Source of the DNA: an uncultured Candidatus Rokubacteria bacterium
Lineage (GTDB): Bacteria > Methylomirabilota > Methylomirabilia > Rokubacteriales > CSP1-6
Direction of reading: 5' to 3'
DNA: 64,000 bases
Assembly (NCBI GenBank): GCA_963747235.1
Contig: CAVVEU010000024.1
Location: forward strand, 576,001-640,000
Made by a program: the position numbers and the translations under genes. How positions within the stretch are numbered: the stretch's first letter is position 1; every line of letters starts with the position of its first letter. Positions 40,795 through 50,729 of the stretch are shown here, in pieces. The notes below the pieces were generated by a model, which did no database searches, was not told where the DNA came from, and saw only the letters and a program-made list of their open reading frames with translations.

Positions 40795-41984
40795 CCCTTC
40801 GCGAACTCGTCCTTCGCCTTCCGGAGCTGCTGCGGCTCGGCCAGCAGGTCGAGCGCGGTCATCGCCAGCGCCTTCGCCGCCGCCACCATGCCGGTCCGCG
40901 CCAGCGGTGACTTGGCCCACTCCGCGAACTCGCGCGAGTGGCCCGGCACCCCGTCGGGGGAGATACGGATGTAGGGGTGGATCGTCGGCAGCGCCTGGCT
41001 CACGTTGCCGCAGTCGGTCGAGCCGTATCCCGCCTCGCCGTCGTCCGGGTCCACCGGGAAGTCGATCCGCTCGAGGTTCCGCGCGAAGAGCTCGGCCATC
41101 GCGAAGTTGGCCTTCAGCGGATCGTGGATGATCGCGTCCGCGGTGACCTTCACCGTGCAGCCGGTGGCGGTGGCCGCGCCCTCCGCGGCCGCCTCGAAGC
41201 GGCGCAGCAGCTCGCGGCAGTAGTCCTTCGTCGGCGCGCGCAGGTAGAACTCCGACGCGGTGTGCTCCGGGATGATGTTGGCCTGGTCGCCGCCCTTGGT
41301 GATGATCCCGTGCACGCGCGCGTCCGGGCGGAGCTGCTGCCGCATGGCGTCCAGCGAGACGAAGAGCTGGATCATCGCGTTCAGCGCGTTCACCCCGCGC
41401 CAGGGCCAGGAGGAGGCGTGCGAGGCCCGGCCGAAGAACTCGCACTTGACCTTGATGATCCCCAGGCTCGGCCGCCAGACCTGGGTGCCGCAGCGGCCGT
41501 GGATCATCATGGCCGCGTCCACGTCCTTGAAGACGCCCGCGTCCATCAGGCGCACCTTGCCCGCGCCGCCTTCCTCGGCCGGCGTGCCGATCACCTGGAT
41601 GCGGCCCGGGAAGGGCAGGGTGGTCAGCGCGGCCGCGATGGCGGCGCCCGCGCCGGTGCCCGCGGTGGCGATCACGTTGTGGCCGCACGCGTGGCCGATG
41701 TTCGGCAGCGCGTCGTACTCGGCCATGATCGCGACGGTCGGCCCCGGGCCCTGGCCCGCGATGGTGGCGCGGAACGCGGTGGGCAGCCCGCCGACGCCGC
41801 GCTCGACCGCGGCCCCCTGCCTGGCGAGGAAGTCGGCGAGCCAGGCGGAGGCCTTGTGCTCCTCGAAGCACAGCTCGGGGTTGGCGTGGATCTGGAGGCT
41901 GATCCGCTCGAGCTCGTCGGCGAGCCGGTCCACCGTCTCGGCGACGCGGTTCTTGGCCTGCTCCAGGACGGTCGGGGCGGCCAC
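40791..41984 (-). CDS. M20 family amidohydrolase (ACY1L2/AbgB-like), copy 2
   Basis: EYDALP, HACGHN, GTPAEEG, GSTDCGNVS, GHSREF. Confidence 0.92.
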   Translation of the reverse strand: MAAPTVLEQAKNRVAETVDRLADELERISLQIHANPELCFEEHKASAWLADFLARQGAAVERGVGGLPTAFRATIAGQGPGPTVAIMAEYDALPNIGHACGHNVIATAGTGAGAAIAAALTTLPFPGRIQVIGTPAEEGGAGKVRLMDAGVFKDVDAAMMIHGRCGTQVWRPSLGIIKVKCEFFGRASHASSWPWRGVNALNAMIQLFVSLDAMRQQLRPDARVHGIITKGGDQANIIPEHTASEFYLRAPTKDYCRELLRRFEAAAEGAATATGCTVKVTADAIIHDPLKANFAMAELFARNLERIDFPVDPDDGEAGYGSTDCGNVSQALPTIHPYIRISPDGVPGHSREFAEWAKSPLARTGMVAAAKALAMTALDLLAEPQQLRKAKDEFAKG

Positions 41985-43156
41985 TTACTTGCTCTGCGCG
42001 AACTCGTCCTTCGCGGCCTTGACGCGGGCGGGGTCGGCGAGCAGATCGAAGGTGGTGAGGGCCATGGTCTTGGCCGCCGCGACCATGCCCGCGCGGGCCA
42101 GCGGCTTCACCGCCGCGTCGGCGAACTCGCGGGTGTGAATCGCCATGCCGGTGGGCGCGATGGCCACCATGGGCTGGATGGCCGGGATCACCTGGCTCAC
42201 GTTGCCGATGTCGGAGGAGCCCAGGCGATCGGGGATCGGCGCGCCCTCGGTGAGGCCCGCCCCCTTCATGTTGGCCGCGAAGAGGTCGAGCATCACGCGG
42301 CTCGACTTCATCGGCTCGTAGACGCTGTCGTGCTGGGTGACCTTGAGCGTGCAGCCGGTGGCCCGGGCCGCGCCCTCCGCGGCCGCCGACGACGCGCTTG
42401 AAGAGCTCCCACATCGTGTCGATGCGGGGCGCCCGCACGTAGAAGACGGCGGCGGCGTACTCCGGGATGATGTTGGCCGCCGCGCCGCCGCTCGTGATGA
42501 TGCCGTGGATCCGGCAGTCCGGTCGCACCTGCTGCCGCAGCATGCTGACCGAGTTGTACATCTGGATGCACCGCGTCGAGGGCGTTCACGCCCTCCCACG
42601 GATCCGCGGAGGCGTGCGAGGCCTTGCCGGTGAACTCGAAGGTGCCGCGCGCGATCCCGAGGAGGTCCTGGTGCAGGATCGTGCGGTCGAAGCCGTGGAT
42701 CATCATCGCGCAGTCCACGTCCTTGAAGACCCCGGCCTTGATCAGCTTCACCTTGCCGCCGCCGCCCTCCTCGGCCGGCGTGCCGATCACCTGGATGCGG
42801 CCCTTCGGGAGCTGCGCCTTGACCGCGGCCAGCGCCGCGCCCGCCCCCGCGCCCGAGGTGGCGATCACGTTGTGCCCGCACGCGTGCCCGATGCCGGGCA
42901 GCGCGTCGTACTCGCACAGGATCGCGATGGTCGGGCCCACGCCGGTCTCGATGGTGGCGCGGAACGCGGTCTCCACCCCGCCCACGCCGCGCTCGACCTT
43001 GTAGCCCTGCTTGGCCAGGAAGTCGCTGAGCCAGCCGCAGGCCTTCACTTCCTCGTAGGCCAGCTCGGGATGATCGTGGATCTGGCGGGAGAGGGCTTCG
43101 AGCTCGTCGCCCAGGCGGTCGACGGCCTGCGAGATGGAATCCTTGATGGCGCTCAT
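41985..43156 (-). CDS. M20 family amidohydrolase, copy 1 (frameshifts near 42570 and 42390)
   Basis: HDHPELAYEE, EYDALP, HACGHN, GTPAEEGGGGK, GSSDIGNVS. Confidence 0.88.
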
Positions 43157-43179
43157 GGGGGCCTCCGGCATGACGGCGG

Positions 43180-43392
43180 TCAGGGCGATTGCGCGCAGAA
43201 CAGGAAGAAGAGGGGCCGGGTGGCGTCGAGCGACCCCCCGCGGCCCGGCTCGTTCACGCAGCGGACGGTCGGTGAATCCGAGGCGCGCCGCGGGGACTCG
43301 GCGGTGGCGCAGGCCGCCAGGGTGAGAGCGGCGCCGAGCGAGAGGGCGATTCGTACGAGGACGACGGAGCGCACGGGGAAGAAGAGTACCAC
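43180..43392 (-). CDS. Small hypothetical lipoprotein
   Basis: LTLAAC lipobox; two further Cys residues (possible disulfide). Confidence 0.55.
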   Translation of the reverse strand: MVLFFPVRSVVLVRIALSLGAALTLAACATAESPRRASDSPTVRCVNEPGRGGSLDATRPLFFLFCAQSP

Positions 43393-43426
43393 GAGCCCGC
43401 GGGAGCGGGCGACGGCCGGGGACGGA

Positions 43427-44755
43427 TCAGGTGGTCGGGGTGAGGGCGGGATCGACGGCCGGGACGCCGGCCGGCAGCTCGATCACGAACATCGCGCCGC
43501 CGCCGGGCCGGTTCTCGGCCCAGAGACGCCCGTCGTGCTCGGCCACCACGCTGTGGGCGACCGACAGGCCCAGGCCGCGGCCTTCGCCGGGCGCCTTGGT
43601 GGTGAAGAACGGGTTGAAGACGCGGGCCAGATCGTCGGGCGCCACCCCCGGCCCATCGTCGGAGACCTCGATGCGCACGCCGCCGTCGCCCGCCGGACGC
43701 ACCCGGATCGCGAGCGCGCCGGACCCGCGGGCGGTGGACATCGCCTGCTCCGCGTTCTGCACCAGGTGGAAGAGGGCTTCCTGGAGCTGGTTGCTGTCGG
43801 CCCAGATCTCCGGCACTTCCTCGAACTCGGTCTGCACCGTGATGTGGGCGCCCTCGAGCCGCGACTGGTGCAGGGAGAGCACCTTGTAGATCTGGTCGCT
43901 CACCTTGCAGCGCCCGCGGCGCAGGGGCGAGCGCTCGGCGAAGAGCACCAGCTCCCGCACGATGTTGGCGGCGCGCTTGGTGGCCCCGTCGATGACCTTG
44001 AGCCCGGTGAGGACCGCGTCGTGGTCCTGGGACTGCAGCAGCAGGTGCACCTGGCCCAGGATGATCATGAGCGGGTTGTTGATCTCGTGCGCGACGCCGC
44101 CCGCCAGCTCGCCGACCGCGGCCAGCCGCTCGGCCCGCACCACGTCGGTGTGGGAGCGGCGCAGGTCCTCGAGCTGCAGGCGCGTCTCGGTGTACAGGCG
44201 CGCGTTGTCCAGCGCCAGGCCGATCTGATCCGCGCTCGACTCGAGCAGCGCGACCTCCTCGTTGCTGAAGCGATCCTCGGTCTGCCGGCCGAGCGAGAGC
44301 GTGCCCAGGATGCGGTGGCGCGCGCGGATCGGCACGCACAGGAAGCCGCGGATACCGTCGGCGGTCACCGCGGCCCGCGCGGCGGGCAGGAGATCGAGCG
44401 CGCGCCCGGCCTCGTCCACGCGGCGCACGCGCCCGGAGGCGGCCACGCGGCCGATGAGGCCCTGGCCGATGGGCAGCATCTCGTTGACCTCGCGCAGGCG
44501 ATCCGAGAGGCCGCGCTCGCCGCGCAGCAGGAGCATCTTGCCGTCGGAGGAGACGAGGTGAAGGCTCGCGATCTCGTGACCGGTGACGTGCGTGAGGGCA
44601 CCCAGCGACTTCTGGATGACCTCGTTGAGATCGAGCGAGCGGCTCACCGCCTCGGTCACCGTGCGGAGAATCTGCAGGTGACGGATCAGCGACGTCGCGC
44701 CGCCTAGTCCGCGGTTATTGACTCGGGCCATTGAGAGATCGTCTCGGCTCCCCAT
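43427..44755 (-). CDS. Cytoplasmic GAF-domain sensor histidine kinase
   Basis: GAF (GQGLIGRVA, LCVPI, LALDNARLY), HEINNPL H-box, DDGPG, FFTTK, GLGL. Confidence 0.92.
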   Translation of the reverse strand: MGSRDDLSMARVNNRGLGGATSLIRHLQILRTVTEAVSRSLDLNEVIQKSLGALTHVTGHEIASLHLVSSDGKMLLLRGERGLSDRLREVNEMLPIGQGLIGRVAASGRVRRVDEAGRALDLLPAARAAVTADGIRGFLCVPIRARHRILGTLSLGRQTEDRFSNEEVALLESSADQIGLALDNARLYTETRLQLEDLRRSHTDVVRAERLAAVGELAGGVAHEINNPLMIILGQVHLLLQSQDHDAVLTGLKVIDGATKRAANIVRELVLFAERSPLRRGRCKVSDQIYKVLSLHQSRLEGAHITVQTEFEEVPEIWADSNQLQEALFHLVQNAEQAMSTARGSGALAIRVRPAGDGGVRIEVSDDGPGVAPDDLARVFNPFFTTKAPGEGRGLGLSVAHSVVAEHDGRLWAENRPGGGAMFVIELPAGVPAVDPALTPTT

Positions 44756-44788
44756 TGCTGGTCTGCGTTGAAGCGTTCCTGCGTACCA

Positions 44789-44804
44789 AGCAAGCGAAGT
44801 GCCA
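44789..44804 (-). promoter_or_regulatory. Sigma54-type promoter for the histidine kinase
   Basis: Minus strand TGGCAC-TTCGC-TTGCT; AT-rich IHF-like TAACAACTATTTA at 44832-44844. Confidence 0.65.
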
Positions 44805-44897
44805 TGGCGACCGATTCAATAATACCATGTATAACAACTATTTAGATTGGACCGCGGAGATCCCCGGAAACGCCGGCGATACGGTCCCGACACACTG

Positions 44898-46025
44898 TCA
44901 GGTCAGACCGTGGCGAAACTGCCGCGCGTGGGCGATCCGGCGCGCGATCGCGGGGTGGGAATAGAGGAAGAACTCCTCGAGGCGATGGGGGTCGCGCTCG
45001 GCCAGATTGAGTGTGGCCAGCCGCTCCATGGACCCGATGAAGGCGCGCGGATCGGGAATGGTCTCGAGCGCGAAGCGGTCGGCCTGCCATTCGACGCGGC
45101 GCGACCAGCCGTTGGCGACCGGCAACGCGGCGAGGCTCACGAGGACCAGGATCAGGCCGAAGAGCGGCAGCCCCGCGATATCCGCGGGCCCGGCGAGGCC
45201 GAGCCACCCTGCACTCCACCGCAACGCGAGATCGGCGATCCAGAAGGTGACGAGGGTGAGCGCGCCCTGGACCAGGAGCCCCCGGCGGATGTCGCCGTGG
45301 AGCTGATGCGCCAGCTCGTGCGCGAGCACCGCTTCGATCTCTTCCGCGGTGAACTGATCGAGCAGGGTGTCGAAGAGCAGGATCCGCCGGGTGCGGCCGA
45401 GCCCGGTCACCGCCGCGTTCGCGGTGCGGCTCTTGCGCGACTGGTCCACCACGAACACGCCGGTCACCGGCACGCCGACCCGGCCGGCGAGCGCGAGCAG
45501 CCGCGCGAGCAGGTCCCCGTCGGGGAGCGGGGTCAGGCGATAGAAGAGCGGCACGAGCCAGATCGGCGCGACCAGGGCGAGCAGCGTGTAGCCCGCGAGG
45601 AAGACGGCGGCGCCCCAGAGCCACCACCACGGCGTCACGCGCAGCAGCCCGTAGATGGTCAGCACGGCGAGCAGGCCGAGGCCGGCGCCGATCAGCGCCG
45701 CCTTCCCCGCGTCCCACAGCCAGCGCCGGAAGGGCTGGTGCAGCAGCCCGAAGCGACGCGGCAGCCAGTACCCGCCGAGCCAGTGAAGCGGCAGGGTGAG
45801 GAGGCGATACGCGCCGGCCAGGACGAGCACGACGATGCCGAGCTCGAGCCACCAGATGCTGGTCCAACGCGCCACGTGGTCGGTGAGATGCGCCGCCGCC
45901 CGCGTCGCGATGAGGACGAGCAGGTAGGCGACGGAGAGGGCCAGCCCGAGCAGGGAGAGGGCGAGCTGGCGACGGTGGTAGACGCGCGCGCGGGCGCCCT
46001 CCTCGGGCACCGGGGTCGGGGCCAT
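44898..46025 (-). CDS. M48 family (Ste24-like) membrane zinc protease
   Basis: ANAAVTGLG, LFDTLL, AHELAH, EWQADRFA, YSHP. Confidence 0.92.
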   Translation of the reverse strand: MAPTPVPEEGARARVYHRRQLALSLLGLALSVAYLLVLIATRAAAHLTDHVARWTSIWWLELGIVVLVLAGAYRLLTLPLHWLGGYWLPRRFGLLHQPFRRWLWDAGKAALIGAGLGLLAVLTIYGLLRVTPWWWLWGAAVFLAGYTLLALVAPIWLVPLFYRLTPLPDGDLLARLLALAGRVGVPVTGVFVVDQSRKSRTANAAVTGLGRTRRILLFDTLLDQFTAEEIEAVLAHELAHQLHGDIRRGLLVQGALTLVTFWIADLALRWSAGWLGLAGPADIAGLPLFGLILVLVSLAALPVANGWSRRVEWQADRFALETIPDPRAFIGSMERLATLNLAERDPHRLEEFFLYSHPAIARRIAHARQFRHGLT

Positions 46026-46113
46026 GCCCCGAGTGTCCCACCGTCGGGCCGGCCCGCCAACCGCCGCGGCCGTTGTGCTACACTGGCCGCCAATTCTCAC
46101 TCAGGGAGCCGCC

Positions 46114-47028
46114 ATGTTTCAGTCCGTCGAGGACGTCCAGCAGCAGTTCAAGAACGCCCGCTACATCGCCAACCGCCGCATCTCCACCGTGGTCTTCCTC
46201 GCCGCGCGCATGGGCCGTCCCGTGCTCATCGAGGGGCCGGCCGGCGTGGGCAAGACGGAGCTGGCCAAGACGCTGGCCGAGGTGACCGGGCGGCATCTCA
46301 TCCGCCTGCAGTGCTACGAGGGGCTGGACGAGGGCAAGGCGCTCTACGAGTGGAAGTACGCCAAGCAGCTCCTCTACACCCAGCTCCTCAAGGAGCGCAT
46401 CGGCGAGCTGATCGCGGACGCGCCGTCGCTGCCCGACGCGGTCGCCCGCATCTCGGGCCAGGACGACGCCTTCTTCTCCCACCGCTTCCTGGCCCCGCGC
46501 CCGCTGCTGCAGGCGATCGAGTCCGTCGATCCGGTGGTGCTGCTGGTGGACGAGATCGACAAGGCGGAGCCGGAGTTCGAGGCGTTTCTTCTGGAAGTCC
46601 TGTCCGACTTCCAGGTCTCGGTGCCCGAGCTCGGCACGATCCGGGCCACCCAGATCCCGCTGGTCGTCCTCACCTCGAACAACGCGCGCGAGCTGTCCGA
46701 CGGCCTCAAGCGGCGGTGCCTGCACCTCTTCATCGACTTCCCGCCCGCCGACGAGGAGCTCGCGATCATTCGCCTGAAGGTCCCGGAGGTCTCCGAGCGC
46801 CTGGCCCAGACCGTGGTCACCGCGGTGCAGCGCATCCGCGGGCTCGAGCTGCGCAAGGCCCCGTCGATCTCGGAGAGCCTCGACTGGGCGCGCTCGCTCG
46901 TCATCCTCAACGCGGAGACGCTCGACCGCGACCTGGTGGAATCCACGCTCACCTTGCTGGTCAAGCACGAGAAGGACCTGGAGCGGGTCAAGGGCGCCCT
47001 CGACAAGGTGCTGGCCGACCTGGGCTAG
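46114..47028 (+). CDS. MoxR family AAA+ ATPase (CoxD-like)
   Basis: EGPAGVGKT, RLQCYEGLD, LLVDEIDK, LTSN, LKRRC. Confidence 0.92.
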   Translation: MFQSVEDVQQQFKNARYIANRRISTVVFLAARMGRPVLIEGPAGVGKTELAKTLAEVTGRHLIRLQCYEGLDEGKALYEWKYAKQLLYTQLLKERIGELIADAPSLPDAVARISGQDDAFFSHRFLAPRPLLQAIESVDPVVLLVDEIDKAEPEFEAFLLEVLSDFQVSVPELGTIRATQIPLVVLTSNNARELSDGLKRRCLHLFIDFPPADEELAIIRLKVPEVSERLAQTVVTAVQRIRGLELRKAPSISESLDWARSLVILNAETLDRDLVESTLTLLVKHEKDLERVKGALDKVLADLG

Positions 47029-47034
47029 TCGCCC

Positions 47035-47596
47035 ATGAGCGGGAGCCCGTCCGGCCTCACCGAGTTTCGCGAGCTCTGGTTCCCGAGCCCGCGCATCCGG
47101 CTGTCGGAGCTGGGCCCGTCCGGTCCCGTGTTCATCGAAGGGGGCCGCTGCATCTCGCGCGCGCTCGGCGAGTACACCAAGCTCTGGATCTCCGCGGCGG
47201 GGCGCTGGCACTTCTACTACGTGCACCCGTCGCCCCGCGATTTCTTCCTCGCCACGATGCCGGAGGCGGTGCCCCATCTCCTGCACCCCGGGGAGATGAC
47301 GGTGGAGACCTTCCGCCAGGGGCTCGCCTACAAGGTGGTGCTCGGCCTGCGGTGCGCCGAGGGCCCGGTGCGGGTGCTCCATCTGGTCGGCGACGTGACC
47401 GACGTGGCGCGCGCGGTGGAGCGCGACGAGGACGCGCCGGCCGGGCCGCTCGGGTGGAAGCTCAAGATGACGCACCTGATCTGCCCAGGGCTCGTTCCAC
47501 GGCCTGATCCGCCTCGAGGACGGGCGCCTGCACCCCATCAGCCGGGACGGCGGCGAGGACGTCTTCAAGTCCTCCTGGGTCCACTTCACCCGATGA
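47035..47596 (+). CDS. Hypothetical protein (frameshift near 47485)
   Basis: GC3-biased ORF between the coxD- and coxE-like genes; the alternate frame gives GSFHGLIRLEDG...WVHFTR*. Confidence 0.6.
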
Positions 47597-47607
47597 GCGC
47601 GAGTTAA

Positions 47608-49018
47608 ATGGACCAGCGGATACTGGAGTTCATCGGCGACCTGCGGCGGGCCGAGATGCGCATCTCGCCGAGCGAGGCGCTCGACGCGCTCACCGCCTCC
47701 ACCGAGATCGGCCTGGAAGATCGCGACACGTTCAAGAGCGCGCTCGCGGCCACGCTGGTCAAGGAGTCGCGCGACCTCGTCACCTTCGACCGCATCTTCG
47801 ACCTCTACTTCCTCGACCTGCAGGCGCTCGGAGAAGGGCTCAAGAAGGCGATGGGCCCGGCGGATCCGAAGATCCAGGAGATGCTCGACCGCCTGGTCGC
47901 CGAGGAGGGCATGGAGCTGGACGAGCTCACCGAGCTGCTGCTGCAGGGCGAGGGCAGCGACATGGAGATGGCCATCCGCCAGGAAGGCCAGGGCACCGGC
48001 CTCGAGCGGCTGATGTACTTCCTCCAGGTCGGCTACTTCTCGCGCCGCATCTACGACAAGTTCGACTGGGAGGCGATCGAGCGCGACCTGAGCCGGATCA
48101 TGCAGCTCCTGGAGGCCAAGGGGCTCGACCCGGGCATGCTCGCGCGCATCCGGAACTATCTCGACCTGCGGCTCGAGGCCTTCCGCCGCATGATCCGCCA
48201 GCACGTGGAGCGCGAGCTCGAGCGCCGGGCCTTCCGCCAGGGCGAGAAGCTGACCCGCGAGGTGCTGACCGACAAGCCGCTCTTCGCGCTGTCCGCCGAC
48301 GAGGTCGCGCAGATGAAGGCGGTGGTGGCCCGCCTGGCCCGCAAGATCAAGGACGCCCTCGCGATGCGCCAGCGGCAGGAGGAGAAGGGGCGGCTCGACA
48401 CGCGGCGGACCATCCGGCAGAGCCTGCAGTACGGCGGGATCCCGATGGAGGTGCGGTTCCGGCGGCGGCACCGGGAGAAGCCCAAGCTGATCACGCTCTG
48501 CGACGTGTCGGACTCGGTGCGGAACGCCTCCCGCTTCATGCTCCAGCTCGTGTGGAGCCTGCAGGACTGCTTCTCCCGCGTGCGCTCCTACGTCTTCGTG
48601 TCCGAGATCGCGGAGGTCACCCAGGCCTTCGCCACCTACCCGGTGGACACCGCGATCGACTGGGCGCTCAAGTCCTCCTCGGTGGACTATCACTGCCGCT
48701 CGGACTTCGGCTACGCGTTCAGCCGCTTCGTGAAGACCGAGCTCGAGACCGCTCGACCGCAAGACCACCGTGCTGATCCTGGGCGACGCGCGCAACAACT
48801 ACAACGACCCGCAGGCCTGGGCCATCCGGCAGATCCGGGAGCGGGTGAAGGGCGTCATCTGGCTGAATCCGGAGGGGCAGTGGGGCTGGGGGATCGGGGA
48901 CAGCGTGATGCCGCTCTACTCGCCGGCCTGCGACATCGTCAAGGAGTGCCGCACGGTGGGGCAGCTCGTCCAGGTCGTCGATCATCTGGTTCACTCCTGG
49001 TGGCGTCGCGGGCGCTGA
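47608..49018 (+). CDS. VWA-domain CoxE-like protein (frameshift near 48750)
   Basis: GRLDTRRTIRQS, MIDAS CDVSDS, ILGDARNN, WLNPE. Confidence 0.88.
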
Positions 49019-49664
49019 TCGGGCTCCTGTTCCTGGCCTCCTCGCTCGGCGCCGGCCCGGGCGCCGCGCTCGCCGCGGAGTGTGTCGCGCTGGACGATTT
49101 CTCCCAGGGCCGGCTCGGCGAGTTTCCCCTCGAATGGAAGCCGCGCAAGGAGTCGGGCCGGCCGGTGTACTCCATCCGGGAGGAAGGCGGGCGGCGGTTC
49201 CTCCGCGCCATCGCCCGCCGCATCGGCATCCAGGCCGGCCGCGAGGTGGCCTGGAACCTCGAGGCCTATCCCATCCTGGCCTGGTCGTGGCGGCCCATCG
49301 AGTTCCCGACGAGCTCCGACGAGCGGAAATCGGGCACCAACGACAGCGCGGTGTCGGTGTACGCGGTCTTTCCGAGCTCGGCGATCTCGGTGAAGAGCGT
49401 CAAGTACGTCTGGAGCCGCGGTGGTGCCGGCGGGCACCCATCTCACGTCGAGCGCGGGGAACACCCAGGTGCGCGTCTTGCGATCGAGCCCCCAGGTGGG
49501 CAAGTGGGCCGACGAGCAGGTGAACGTCCGCGAGGACTACCAGAAGTACTTCGGGGGGAGCGAGGTCCCCAAGGCCGGGCGGGATCGCGGTGCTCACCGA
49601 CTCCGACGACACCAAGAGCAGCGCGCAGGGCGACTACGCCAACTTCCGCGTCTGCAAGCCGTGA
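49000..49664 (+). CDS. DUF3047 domain secreted protein (frameshifts near 49420 and 49578)
   Basis: Signal peptide; YPILAWSW, KYVWS, NVREDYQKYFG, AVLTDSDDT. Confidence 0.8.
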
Positions 49665-49676
49665 GGCGCCCGGCCG

Positions 49677-50729
49677 GTGGCTGACGCGGGCGATCCGTTC
49701 GAGACCCTCTACGCTCGCGGGGTGACCGACGGGCTGCCGGTCATTCCTCCCACCCGCGAGCGCGTGACGGCCGCGGTGGCCGCGACCGGCCGCGAGGGGA
49801 GCGAGCTGATCGCCCTGGTGCCGCCCAACTTCGGGCGCGCCACCGTGGAGAAGATCGCGGTCAACGCGGTGATGGCGGGCTGCCGGCCCGAGTACCTGCC
49901 GGTGGTGATCGCGGGCGTGGACGCGATGTGCGACGAGGGCTTCGACCTGCACGGCGTCTCGGCCACCACCAACTTCCCGTCGCCGCTCTTCATCGTCAAC
50001 GGGCCCGCGCGCGCGCGCCTCGACATCAACTGCGGCGCCGGCCTCTTCGGGCCGGGCTGGCGCGCCAACGCCACCATCGGGCGGGCCCTGCGGCTGATCG
50101 CGGTCAACCTGGGCGGAGCGATTCCCGGCGTGGTCAGCATGTCCACCATGGCCCACCCGGGGCGCTACACCTACTGCATCGGCGAGGCCGAGGAGGAGAG
50201 CCCCTGGGACTCGCTCGCGGTCGAGCACGGCTTCGCCCCCGGCGACAGCGTGATCGCCGCCTTCGCGGGGGAAGCGCCCCACGGCGTCTACGATCACATG
50301 AGCCGCACCGCGAAGGACCTGCTGATCACGATCGGCCGGTCGCTCGAGGTCATCTCGCACCACAAGTCCACGCATCACGGCGACACGCTCGTGGTGCTCT
50401 CGCCCGAGCACGCGCGCACCATCGCGGACTCCGGCTGGGGCAAGGCCGAGATGCGCGAGTTCCTGTGGACGCGCCTGCGCAAGCCGGTCCGCGAGCTGAT
50501 CCCCGGGGTGGACGGCGGCGAGGGGCTGCCGGCGCACGTGCTCGCGAAGTTCCCGCATCCGGAGACCGACGGCACCCTGATCGCCAAGTTCCGCGAGCCG
50601 GGCAACCTCAAGTTCGTGGTGGCGGGCGGCACCGCGGGACGCTTCTCGGCGGTGATTCCGGGCTGGACCTTTCCCAAGAGCTCGCGCATGATCTGGAGGA
50701 AGATCCAGATGCCCGAGGAGGCCGCATGA
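49677..50729 (+). CDS. Conserved hypothetical protein, partner of the UGSC-type (seleno)protein
   Basis: TDGLPVIPPTRERV, TVEKIAVNAVMAGCRPEYLPV, RANATIGRA; ATGA-coupled to the next gene. Confidence 0.8.
   Translation: MADAGDPFETLYARGVTDGLPVIPPTRERVTAAVAATGREGSELIALVPPNFGRATVEKIAVNAVMAGCRPEYLPVVIAGVDAMCDEGFDLHGVSATTNFPSPLFIVNGPARARLDINCGAGLFGPGWRANATIGRALRLIAVNLGGAIPGVVSMSTMAHPGRYTYCIGEAEEESPWDSLAVEHGFAPGDSVIAAFAGEAPHGVYDHMSRTAKDLLITIGRSLEVISHHKSTHHGDTLVVLSPEHARTIADSGWGKAEMREFLWTRLRKPVRELIPGVDGGEGLPAHVLAKFPHPETDGTLIAKFREPGNLKFVVAGGTAGRFSAVIPGWTFPKSSRMIWRKIQMPEEAA

Noticed and set aside
46114-49018. Aerobic CO dehydrogenase (cox) gene cluster
   Set aside because: Only CoxD/CoxE-like accessory genes are present; there are no coxL/M/S structural genes in the window.
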